In this document: positions 45,485 through 53,645 of the stretch, piece after piece
Numbering within the stretch: position 1 is the first letter of the stretch
Layout of the letters: each line of letters begins with the position of its first letter
Virus record (IMG/VR): IMGVR_UViG_3300027769_000039
Span: 1-53,645 of that record
Direction: 5' to 3' (one strand)
Length of the DNA stretch: 53,645 nt
Source: a virus
Taxonomy: Duplodnaviria > Caudoviricetes
Notes under the pieces: model-generated
Databases searched by the model: none
What the model was told of the DNA's origin: nothing
Seen by the model: only the letters and a program-made list of their open reading frames with translations
Translations under genes and position numbers: made by a program

Positions 45485-46746
45485 TACAGAATAACACACT
45501 CCACAACTTTAACACCAGCGTCATCGTTAGATTCTAAAGCAATCGCAAACGAATTGCTAGTATCTCCATGGATACCCTTACCATCTTGATTGCAAATTAA
45601 TGGTTGTCCTTTACGAATCGGACCAACAACTTTCACTGGCACACGACCACGAAGAGCAATTGCTTGACCAGGTGCTTCATCATTCATTAAGAATGCTGGA
45701 TTTGTGGAAACTACACCAAGAACTCTTTGACCAGTTTGGAAAGATGCAGTTGCTTCAGCATCGCCAGATAAAGCAACTGTTAGAACAGTCCCAGGTTCAT
45801 ATTCTACATCAGTTGTATATTTTTCTGCCAAGTCAGCATACTTAGCTGAGGTTGCAGTACCATAGATTGTTCCGAACCGATTTGCTGTTTGTCCAATATC
45901 ACCTGTACCATTTGTTCCAGTTTTAAAAATTGAAGCGACTGACACAAATGTTGCTGCAGTAACAGAATTTACAGAAAGTGTAGCAGAAGTTGAAATATCA
46001 ATAACAGGGTTTCCTGAAACGCCATCACCATTAACAATAGTAATTCCATTTGTACCAGCAGTAAATGTTCTTTCAGTAACTGATCCAGTGCCAAGACGAG
46101 TATAAAATCCTATAGAAGTGGAAGCACCAGCAATAGCAGTTAATTCGTTAGAGAATGGTTGAACATCAGAACCGATAGATAATCCTAAATTGGCTCTTGC
46201 TGATGTAGCATTTGATGCGCCAGTTCCGCCATCGGCAATCGCCAAGTCAGTAATACCAGTAATAGTTCCACCAGTAATTGCAATAGCGTCAACATTTTGA
46301 GTAGCAGCAGTTCCCAATCCAAGACCAGCTCTTGCTGTGGCTTCTGTCGTACCACCTGTTCCACCATTATTGATAGCAACAGTTCCATTAACATTGCTCG
46401 CATTACCAAAAACTGTGCCAGTTAAATTTCCTGTAATGTTACCAGTAACATTACCAATTAAAGTTGTAGCAGTAATTGTTCCTGCAGAGAAGTCGCCATT
46501 TGAATCGCGAACAACTACAGTACTAACAGTATTTCCTGTGGCTGACTGAAATCCATCAATAGTATCAGCATCTAATCCAGAACCAGAACCATCAACTGTT
46601 TTGATTTTGGTCAAAACATCCAAAGCAGTGTAGTTTGATGCAGTTAATTTTGTTCCGACTTCCACATTAATATTGTTGAAGTTGTCGTCGACCTCTTGAT
46701 TTGTAAGAGGACTACCTTTAACATTTCGAAGAACGATTGTTGCCAT
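45484..46746 (-). CDS. Fibre/baseplate-associated protein (420 aa)
   Basis: LRNVKGSPLTNQEVDDNF, DGSGSGLDADTIDG, two GGTG..ARAxLGL repeats, C-terminal AKYADLAEKY...GVVSTNPAFLMN...IALRGRVPVKV domain. Confidence 0.75.
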   Translation of the reverse strand: MATIVLRNVKGSPLTNQEVDDNFNNINVEVGTKLTASNYTALDVLTKIKTVDGSGSGLDADTIDGFQSATGNTVSTVVVRDSNGDFSAGTITATTLIGNVTGNITGNLTGTVFGNASNVNGTVAINNGGTGGTTEATARAGLGLGTAATQNVDAIAITGGTITGITDLAIADGGTGASNATSARANLGLSIGSDVQPFSNELTAIAGASTSIGFYTRLGTGSVTERTFTAGTNGITIVNGDGVSGNPVIDISTSATLSVNSVTAATFVSVASIFKTGTNGTGDIGQTANRFGTIYGTATSAKYADLAEKYTTDVEYEPGTVLTVALSGDAEATASFQTGQRVLGVVSTNPAFLMNDEAPGQAIALRGRVPVKVVGPIRKGQPLICNQDGKGIHGDTSNSFAIALESNDDAGVKVVECVIL

Positions 46747-46976
46747 TATTCTTTACCTTTAATCAGTATTTCGAGCATTTTCTTAATTTCAGTTATATCT
46801 TGTTCTAAGTTATTTATTCGCTCAGATTGACGACTTAATTCATTTGTTTTAGACAAAGCTGCCTGCTTGTTTTTAATATAGTTCTGATAATCAGAAGTAT
46901 TATTATTTAAAATTGCATTAGAAGACACATCCCTAACAAGAGATGTGTTTTGTTCAACTTTTAATAATTGTCCCAT
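46746..46976 (-). CDS. Small coiled-coil protein following the large structural gene (start probably MGQLLKV at 46976)
   Basis: LVRDVSSNAILN...YQNY...INNLEQDITEIKKML; TAATG overlaps on both sides. Confidence 0.75.
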   Translation of the reverse strand: MGQLLKVEQNTSLVRDVSSNAILNNNTSDYQNYIKNKQAALSKTNELSRQSERINNLEQDITEIKKMLEILIKGKE

Positions 46977-49900
46977 TATGAACAAGCAATTACACGGAGA
47001 TCCTTGGCTTTAGGAATCTCAGAACTATTTGTTGAAGTCATAACTAATTTAACAGTAAATGCGTCAAACGGAGTTAAGTCAGTTAATGTAAAATCAACAT
47101 CAGTAAACTCACCATTTCCATATTCAACTTTTGGAAGTGCAGTCAAATTGTCAGGATTTATCTCTGCGTAATTAATTTCGTTGTATGCATTTTTATTACC
47201 AACAGCAGAAGTTTTGTAATAAACTTTCAAATTAGATTTAGTTGGAACATTAACAGCAAGTCTAATTTTTAATGTTGTCGCTGGAGTTGTTAATCCAATT
47301 TTCTTAGTTACATATTTACTATGTGTAGAAGTACCGAGTGGTGATATTTCATCAACAAAGTGGTTTTTCAGTACAATAGTAATTGCAGCACCAGCAACGG
47401 CAGTCGCACCTGTATTATAAACAGTAACAGATGTAGTAGTTCCATCATCGACAACTTTGGTTACTTTAAATGTTCCATTATTCGAACCAGCTGCAGCACC
47501 ACTAACAGTAATATACTTACCAACTTGAATTGTTTGTAACAATCCACGAGCAGTAGCATTAGTCGATGAAATCACACAAGCATTTGTCGCTGTAGTAAAT
47601 GCAATTGTTGTATTAGCAGATAGTAAAGGAACATCATCTAACGCAACTTGGTTTATTGTTGTTTCGCTTGGTGAATTAATTGTATTAGAAATAGTAACTA
47701 AACTTGTTCGATGTGTATCAATTATTGGTGACAATGAGTCATTAGTAGTTGACATTTGGCACAACAGTCTAACAGAAGGATTTCCACTTAGTAAACTTGT
47801 CTGATTCTGTTCAGATGCAATTAATCTTGGAGTTGCAAAATAATTAGTATCATTAGGAGTTATCCCAGTGAAATTTGCATCAATTGCGTATGGTGTTTCA
47901 GAACCATTTACTGATTTACCGCTGGTAGTTTTAATTGAAAACAGTGCAGTTGTATCAGAGAAATTCTGAGATTGAACAATCGGTTGAACTGCATTATATA
48001 CAGTATTTTGATTAGCAGTGACAGTCAAACCACCAGAATAACCTCTCGCTGTTGCATTGTTCGTGCAGGTAACAACATAGGAATCGTTATCAACAATAGA
48101 AGATATTGTATGCGATTTATATATTTCAGTAGCTGGTACTCCACCGAGCGACTCAACAATTTTAAAAGCAACACCAGAACTAATTGTGATAGCAGCATTA
48201 GAAACTAATGTTAGTTCATCATCATCTGTTACGGAAGAAACGATACCGATATAAGCATTATCGCTGGCTCTACGTAAAACAGCACCTCTACCAATAGTAG
48301 TAGTTCCAATATCAGTCTCAAATACAGTACTTGTTCCATTAACAGTTGTACTGCCTGTAGTACAAGTAATAGTTCCAGCTGATGCAGCTACACCATTTAT
48401 CTTCGTTGTGTCCGAATTAGAAATAGTTACAAATGAATTTACAGCAAACCCATGATTCTTTTGGAACACTCTAACTTTCGGAGTTCCAATATTTGTCTCA
48501 AATGGATCTTTTTCTAAATTTTGTAATGGTAAAATATCGTTGATAAACTCAACGGCACCAGTAGTATTGGTAGCAAATTTAGCACGATATAAAGTAAACT
48601 TCAAATCTTGATCTTGGTTTGCAGTCCAAGTAGATCCGTTTTGTGATTTAAATAGAACACCAGCATATGGTTGCTCAGAAATAAATCTACTAGAGTTAGG
48701 AATCTTATCACCAGTATTAGAAATCCACACTTTATATGAATTAGAATCGCTCGCAAGAACGATGCAATACTCTTGATTATTTTGAACATAAACAGGAGAT
48801 GAGAATGTGAAGGTAGTTGGCGTATCATAACTCTTAGCAACAGTTCCGTCAGGCATATCTACTGTGTTTGTAGAGATATTAACATTCTCTGGTTTTAAAG
48901 TAACTTTAGAAAATGGTAATACATATTTTCCTGGATATCCATTAACAACCTCACGGATTTCAAGATTTACTGGGATGCTAGCATCTTTAGTTGCAAAATA
49001 AACATCAACTTTAGTTAAGAATGCTCCACCTTCTTGTTGGACCAAGAATGTTTGAGCCAGTGGGTCATACCAACCAGTGTCAGAAACTACACGCTCAGAA
49101 GTTTGTGTAATAGTTTCATTCTGCGAAATTTGCTCAGACACTAAAGTAGCATTCCGTGTAGCAATAAATGTTGCCTGTTTAGTTTCTAAAATTCCTTGGG
49201 CATAGTAGTTAGCTCTACCTCTTGAGGTATATTCGAAACTTGCTGCTGATGATGCATCGCTTAACACGAATGATCTTTGTCCAGTTCTAAAACGAAGATT
49301 TTCGGTTTGTGGAATAGCAAACAATAGTTGTGCTTCGCCATTGGCGTTAGTAATAATATTATCGCCAGCTACTGCAGTAGTTGATACAGTTCCAACTGTG
49401 GCAGAAACCTCACTAATACTACCAGTAATAACTTCAGCAGATTGGAAAGTTCCTTGGATATTAACTACATAAACTGCTCTTGAAGTTATAACTCCAGCAT
49501 TATTGAATACCTTTTCACTTCCAACAACAATAGCAGTTGCTCCAGAAGTTCCACCAGTAATAATATCACCACGATTTAAACATGTTTGAGTATCTCCAGA
49601 AATACGACGAGCTACATTTATTGCATTACCACCAACATTGGTAGTATGGTCAAAATCTACAGCACCAGTAAAGGTTATCTTTGTTGCTGGAGTGCAAAAA
49701 CTAGAAACATCAACATTATCAAAGAATGGATTAAATTTGGTAGATGGTTTTAATCCTCTTGCTTGAATTAAAATATTTCTTGAACGAATGTATGGGATAA
49801 CAGCAGTTGAGAGAACTCTATCTTCAACTTGGCGTTTGTCGATTTTAGCAACAACTCTAGTGTTAATACCTGTTCTAGATTGATTAACTTGTTGAGCAAA

Positions 49901-52900
49901 TGTTTCAACAACGATCTCTCTTCTCGCACCTGCGCGAAGGTTTATCTGTCTTGTGCCAGTAGCGACTGGTGTTCCAGTCCACTGAGTTTGCCATGCATTC
50001 CAAACAGTTCCGAGAATACCTGCTTTTTCGGCAAGAGTTGCAATAGTATTAAAATCACCCTCTTCATTTTGGATAATATCAGGTCTACGATCAGTCTCAA
50101 ACCACTCGTCAGAAGAAGGATTGATATCAACATTACCTAAGAATGTGAAGATAGCAAACGGATTAATATTTTCTAATCTTGATGCATATGGCTGTTCAAC
50201 TAATTTTGGTTGATCAATTACAGGTAAAGTAATTACATCACCATACAACTTATAACCTGCAGTAGTTCTTCCAGCAGTTGTTGTTTGTTTTTCAATTAAA
50301 TTAACATTCGTCATTGAATAGAATGGACGAAGTTCATTATTTTCCATATCAATGGAGCAAAGATAATCTGAAGAAAGAACATCACCAGTAGAGTGACCAG
50401 AAAAATTATCTACGATAAATCCATTTTTAAATCGATTTAATCCAGTAGTTGGGTCAATAATTTCTAAAGACTGAGTTTCTTGCTCTAACAATGATAAAGA
50501 TGTATAATATTCAAGATTGTCAATACGCTTTTCTAATTTACCAATATCGCGCATTGTGTAACGCTTGTTATCGTGTTTGGTTACGCTAACATTTTCAGAT
50601 TTAGTTCCAAATGTATATGGTTCTAATTGTATTGTATAAAGAACCATACCAAGCGATGGATCTTCAGGATCGCCAGGATTTAAAGAAGGAACGCCACTAA
50701 TTTTAAAGAAGTTGCCATTAAAATCTAATGCAATTTTATCAGTTCTTCCCAAATAGTATTGAAAATCTGATTGAATATTAATTCCACGCTTTGGAACTAA
50801 TGATGTTGACGCACCGCCACCAGTGTATGCAAGACCAGTGTTATCAACTCTTGGTCTAAAATCTATACAATCTCTTAATTGTGTTTGCCCAAATGAAGGA
50901 ATTTTCTTATAATCGAAATTATTATTATCGATGTAAGAATTTACTGTAAAATAGTCGCCAGTACCATGAGCAAAGTATTCAAATTCTACTCTAACTGGAG
51001 CATTAGGAGCAGTAAATGATGGTTTTAACAACAACTTGGCCAAGCCATAAAATGTTAAAGTTTGACCATCATCGAAGGTATAGTGATCGCTAATGTCAGT
51101 AGTATAATCTGCTGTAGTAGGAGAGGATCCGAATGCAAATCCAGTAGCTTTCTTAACACTAATAATTCTGTATCCATCGGCAACACCTAATGACAAGACA
51201 GGATTAGTTGCCAATGCTTGTGTTGTAAATGTAACAGAAGTATTTGTTAGTGTTTTAGTTTTTTCTGTTGTAGATGCTAAAGTTTTTATAACTGTTCCGA
51301 TAACAATAAATGCTCTTGAGGCATATGTATCAGGCAATGTAAATGTAACAGAAGATCCTGCTGGAGAAATATTTGATGGATCGACAGAAACAGTTAATCC
51401 AGTTGTGTTATCAACTAACTGATAGTTGTCAGTTTCTGCTGCTGAGTCCATTGTTCCAGAACCAGTTGAAACTGTTAATGTACAGAAACCTCCAGAAGCT
51501 GAAGACGATGTCCCAGTAAACCTTTCATAAACTGTATATGTTGTTTGATTTGTGTTATCTGCAGCACGAGCAGTTTTAATAGCATAGTATGGAAAATTAA
51601 AAATTAAAGTTTCATTGTTTGGCTCTTTAATTTCAGTAGTAACTCTATCAACAGTAACACCAGTCACTGTTGTTGAAGCATCAACAGTTAAAGAAATTTG
51701 AGAAGCAATTGCTGTCACTCTGCGATAAGTTCCACCAAGAGAAATATAATCCCCAACAGTCAAATCAGTTAGAAACGATGTTCCTGTTCCAGTAATTGTT
51801 GTACTGGCAGCAGCAGTTACTGATCCAATTAATCTAGTTGTTATTGGAACTATATCTGCTGAAAAACTTGTAACAGTTGTTCCACCAGAGAAGTATATAG
51901 ATTTTACATTTTGTTTAAAGTCATATCCAGAAACCATCTGAATGTCAAATAAACTTAGTTTATATTGAGCAGCAGTTGTTCCGATAGTTCCATTATGCCA
52001 TTCTATTAAACGAATTCTAGCTGTTCCAACCAGAGTTCCGACAGCTGTTCCTGGAACAGGACTTGATAAACCAGTCGTAGTAAATTGATTGTATAAATTA
52101 ACTTTCGCGAAAGTATGAACAGGAGGAGCACTGTTAATAGAATTTACTAATACATAATTACCAACAGTTTGTGGAATAATTGCATTATCTACTTGAACAG
52201 TGTGCGAAGCATCACGAGCTTTGTCAATATAAACATAAGAGGTTGAAACTTTTTCAATTTCATAACCTTGAACATATGCCTTTCCTGGGTCAAGAGCAAT
52301 AGCCAACTGGTTATCTGAACCAGATAAACTTACACCACGATTATAGTCAGGTGTCTCGGTATATTCCCAATTTACGCCAGTTGATCCAGAACCATCATAC
52401 GCAGAGCCAGAAGTATGTGTTGGCGGAACACTGTTTGCTGATGTTGCAGGATTTTTAGCAGTATAATAATTATTTCCATACTTAACAATATCGCCAATTA
52501 AATATGCTGTGGCAGTTGTTGTCCATGTTCCACGATTATTATTTCTGGCTTCTCTAACATCAATAGTAAATGGTCGAACATCATAGTTACCAGATTCATC
52601 ATATGTACGACGAGCAAATGTTTTTTCTAATTCGCTGTATTCTGTAGTTGTAACAAGTCTTTCAATTATTCCTTGTTTAACACGAACTAATTCAATAAAA
52701 TTTTCATCATCTTCGTCATCTAGTAATTTTTTAATTAAAATTAAATCTATGTGATATCTATGCGCACCAGGAGCAGCATAGTTGAAAGATGTTTGGGCAT
52801 TATCTAAAAGAGATTCGTCATCTTCTGGAACAATAACACTTTCAAGAATGTTTAATCCAATACGATATGATGGTGTTGCAGAATATTTACTTAATACTAT

Positions 52901-53494
52901 AATTTGTTTACCACCAGTAACAGGATCTGCGCAGAGAACATAGTGACCATTTACATAATATATTCCACGCTCAATAGAAGCGAGTGATCCTAAACCAGTC
53001 GCAGCAGGAGTTCCTGGAATTACATTTGGAATTGCTTGAATTGCGTTTGTACCATCATCAAAAGTAATAACTTCGTTGTCAGCAAAAACTTTAGTTATCT
53101 TATTAGTTCCTGAAGAAATATAACGAACATATATTGTTGTTGGGTCGCTAGTAGTTGAACTTACAACATGAATGATTTGTGCTTTTACGCCAGATGCGCT
53201 GGTTAAATACTTGCCAGTTGTTGATTGAATAAAAGACTCTGTTACAACACCATCATAGGAAGCAGCTAATTTAACATATTGAACATCAGCATCAACAGAA
53301 ACTTGACCAGGAATAACCATTGCTCCTTGTTTAAAGAAGTGGTTTCCATTACTGGTAATTTGATTCTGGAGAATTGTTTGTAATTGGGTTAATTCCCTTG
53401 CTTGAACTGCAAATGAAGGGCGAAATAAAATGCGATAAAATTTGTTATCCGAATCAAAATCGTCATTATAAGGTTCTGTGTTAAAGTTTAGCAT
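46976..53494 (-). CDS. Very large virion structural protein (2172 aa), VrlC / DUF4815-like
   Basis: NFNTEPYNDDF...FYRILFRPSFAVQARELTQLQTILQNQI, APGAHRY, ARRTYDESGNY, KRYTMRDIGKLEKRIDNLEYYTSLSLLE, RFKNGFIVDNF, WYDPLAQTF. Confidence 0.88.
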   Translation of the reverse strand: MLNFNTEPYNDDFDSDNKFYRILFRPSFAVQARELTQLQTILQNQITSNGNHFFKQGAMVIPGQVSVDADVQYVKLAASYDGVVTESFIQSTTGKYLTSASGVKAQIIHVVSSTTSDPTTIYVRYISSGTNKITKVFADNEVITFDDGTNAIQAIPNVIPGTPAATGLGSLASIERGIYYVNGHYVLCADPVTGGKQIIVLSKYSATPSYRIGLNILESVIVPEDDESLLDNAQTSFNYAAPGAHRYHIDLILIKKLLDDEDDENFIELVRVKQGIIERLVTTTEYSELEKTFARRTYDESGNYDVRPFTIDVREARNNNRGTWTTTATAYLIGDIVKYGNNYYTAKNPATSANSVPPTHTSGSAYDGSGSTGVNWEYTETPDYNRGVSLSGSDNQLAIALDPGKAYVQGYEIEKVSTSYVYIDKARDASHTVQVDNAIIPQTVGNYVLVNSINSAPPVHTFAKVNLYNQFTTTGLSSPVPGTAVGTLVGTARIRLIEWHNGTIGTTAAQYKLSLFDIQMVSGYDFKQNVKSIYFSGGTTVTSFSADIVPITTRLIGSVTAAASTTITGTGTSFLTDLTVGDYISLGGTYRRVTAIASQISLTVDASTTVTGVTVDRVTTEIKEPNNETLIFNFPYYAIKTARAADNTNQTTYTVYERFTGTSSSASGGFCTLTVSTGSGTMDSAAETDNYQLVDNTTGLTVSVDPSNISPAGSSVTFTLPDTYASRAFIVIGTVIKTLASTTEKTKTLTNTSVTFTTQALATNPVLSLGVADGYRIISVKKATGFAFGSSPTTADYTTDISDHYTFDDGQTLTFYGLAKLLLKPSFTAPNAPVRVEFEYFAHGTGDYFTVNSYIDNNNFDYKKIPSFGQTQLRDCIDFRPRVDNTGLAYTGGGASTSLVPKRGINIQSDFQYYLGRTDKIALDFNGNFFKISGVPSLNPGDPEDPSLGMVLYTIQLEPYTFGTKSENVSVTKHDNKRYTMRDIGKLEKRIDNLEYYTSLSLLEQETQSLEIIDPTTGLNRFKNGFIVDNFSGHSTGDVLSSDYLCSIDMENNELRPFYSMTNVNLIEKQTTTAGRTTAGYKLYGDVITLPVIDQPKLVEQPYASRLENINPFAIFTFLGNVDINPSSDEWFETDRRPDIIQNEEGDFNTIATLAEKAGILGTVWNAWQTQWTGTPVATGTRQINLRAGARREIVVETFAQQVNQSRTGINTRVVAKIDKRQVEDRVLSTAVIPYIRSRNILIQARGLKPSTKFNPFFDNVDVSSFCTPATKITFTGAVDFDHTTNVGGNAINVARRISGDTQTCLNRGDIITGGTSGATAIVVGSEKVFNNAGVITSRAVYVVNIQGTFQSAEVITGSISEVSATVGTVSTTAVAGDNIITNANGEAQLLFAIPQTENLRFRTGQRSFVLSDASSAASFEYTSRGRANYYAQGILETKQATFIATRNATLVSEQISQNETITQTSERVVSDTGWYDPLAQTFLVQQEGGAFLTKVDVYFATKDASIPVNLEIREVVNGYPGKYVLPFSKVTLKPENVNISTNTVDMPDGTVAKSYDTPTTFTFSSPVYVQNNQEYCIVLASDSNSYKVWISNTGDKIPNSSRFISEQPYAGVLFKSQNGSTWTANQDQDLKFTLYRAKFATNTTGAVEFINDILPLQNLEKDPFETNIGTPKVRVFQKNHGFAVNSFVTISNSDTTKINGVAASAGTITCTTGSTTVNGTSTVFETDIGTTTIGRGAVLRRASDNAYIGIVSSVTDDDELTLVSNAAITISSGVAFKIVESLGGVPATEIYKSHTISSIVDNDSYVVTCTNNATARGYSGGLTVTANQNTVYNAVQPIVQSQNFSDTTALFSIKTTSGKSVNGSETPYAIDANFTGITPNDTNYFATPRLIASEQNQTSLLSGNPSVRLLCQMSTTNDSLSPIIDTHRTSLVTISNTINSPSETTINQVALDDVPLLSANTTIAFTTATNACVISSTNATARGLLQTIQVGKYITVSGAAAGSNNGTFKVTKVVDDGTTTSVTVYNTGATAVAGAAITIVLKNHFVDEISPLGTSTHSKYVTKKIGLTTPATTLKIRLAVNVPTKSNLKVYYKTSAVGNKNAYNEINYAEINPDNLTALPKVEYGNGEFTDVDFTLTDLTPFDAFTVKLVMTSTNSSEIPKAKDLRVIACS

Positions 53495-53523
53495 ATTTAA
53501 TTTCTTCTTTTAATGGTTCTAAC

Positions 53524-53531
53524 TATTTAGT
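53524..53531 (-). promoter_or_regulatory. Late promoter-like ACTAAATA
   Basis: tatttagt directly after the gp8 stop, upstream of the 2172-aa gene. Confidence 0.6.
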
Positions 53532-53645
53532 TTAGAATCTAATAATAGTTCTAATAGTTACAGTTTCTTGAGCTGAAGGAGTAAATCCAGCTTTGTTGTC
53601 AATAAACAGCAAATCTCCAGAGTATTTATCTACAGTTGGAGAATT
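53532..53645 (-). CDS. gp8: C-terminal end of baseplate wedge protein gp8 (partial)
   Basis: Hand translation NSPTVDKYSGDLLFIDNKAGFTPSAQETVTIRTIIRF* resembles the gp8 C-terminus; position before the VrlC-like gene fits. Confidence 0.7.
   Translation of the reverse strand, partial: NSPTVDKYSGDLLFIDNKAGFTPSAQETVTIRTIIRF

Noticed and set aside
1-53645. CRISPR arrays, tRNAs, introns, inteins, homing endonucleases or stop-codon reassignment
   Set aside because: Intergenic gaps are too short or unstructured, core genes such as gp17, gp20 and gp23 are uninterrupted, and genes read cleanly in the standard code. Judged by eye only.

Overview
This window is the late (virion) gene region of a large T4-like myovirus, with the gene order seen in aquatic T4-like phages of the cyanophage/pelagiphage type. 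Almost everything is on the minus strand. Read in transcription order it runs: gp8 C-terminus, a 2172-aa VrlC/DUF4815-like structural protein, about 30 kb of modular fibre-like and RCC1-repeat proteins, then gp13-gp14-gp15-gp17-gp18-gp19-gp20-(gp67/gp68-like)-gp21-gp22-gp23. T4-type late promoter motifs ((T/A/C)ATAAATA and CTAAATA) and cUUCGg terminators are present. The standout is a ~6.8 kb plus-strand island (38124-44968) inside the fibre region. It encodes two small proteins sharing a G-x-x-I...H-x-H module, one ending in CNCNCACACGRGII, an unknown protein, and four tandem radical SAM-type enzymes, two with clear SPASM-like cysteine domains. A DUF3050 (heme-oxygenase-like) gene and a 2OG-Fe(II) oxygenase flank it. 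It looks like a phage-encoded RiPP-like post-translational modification system, possibly expressed late and acting on virion-type peptides. All family assignments come from motif recognition by eye; no database searches were run.
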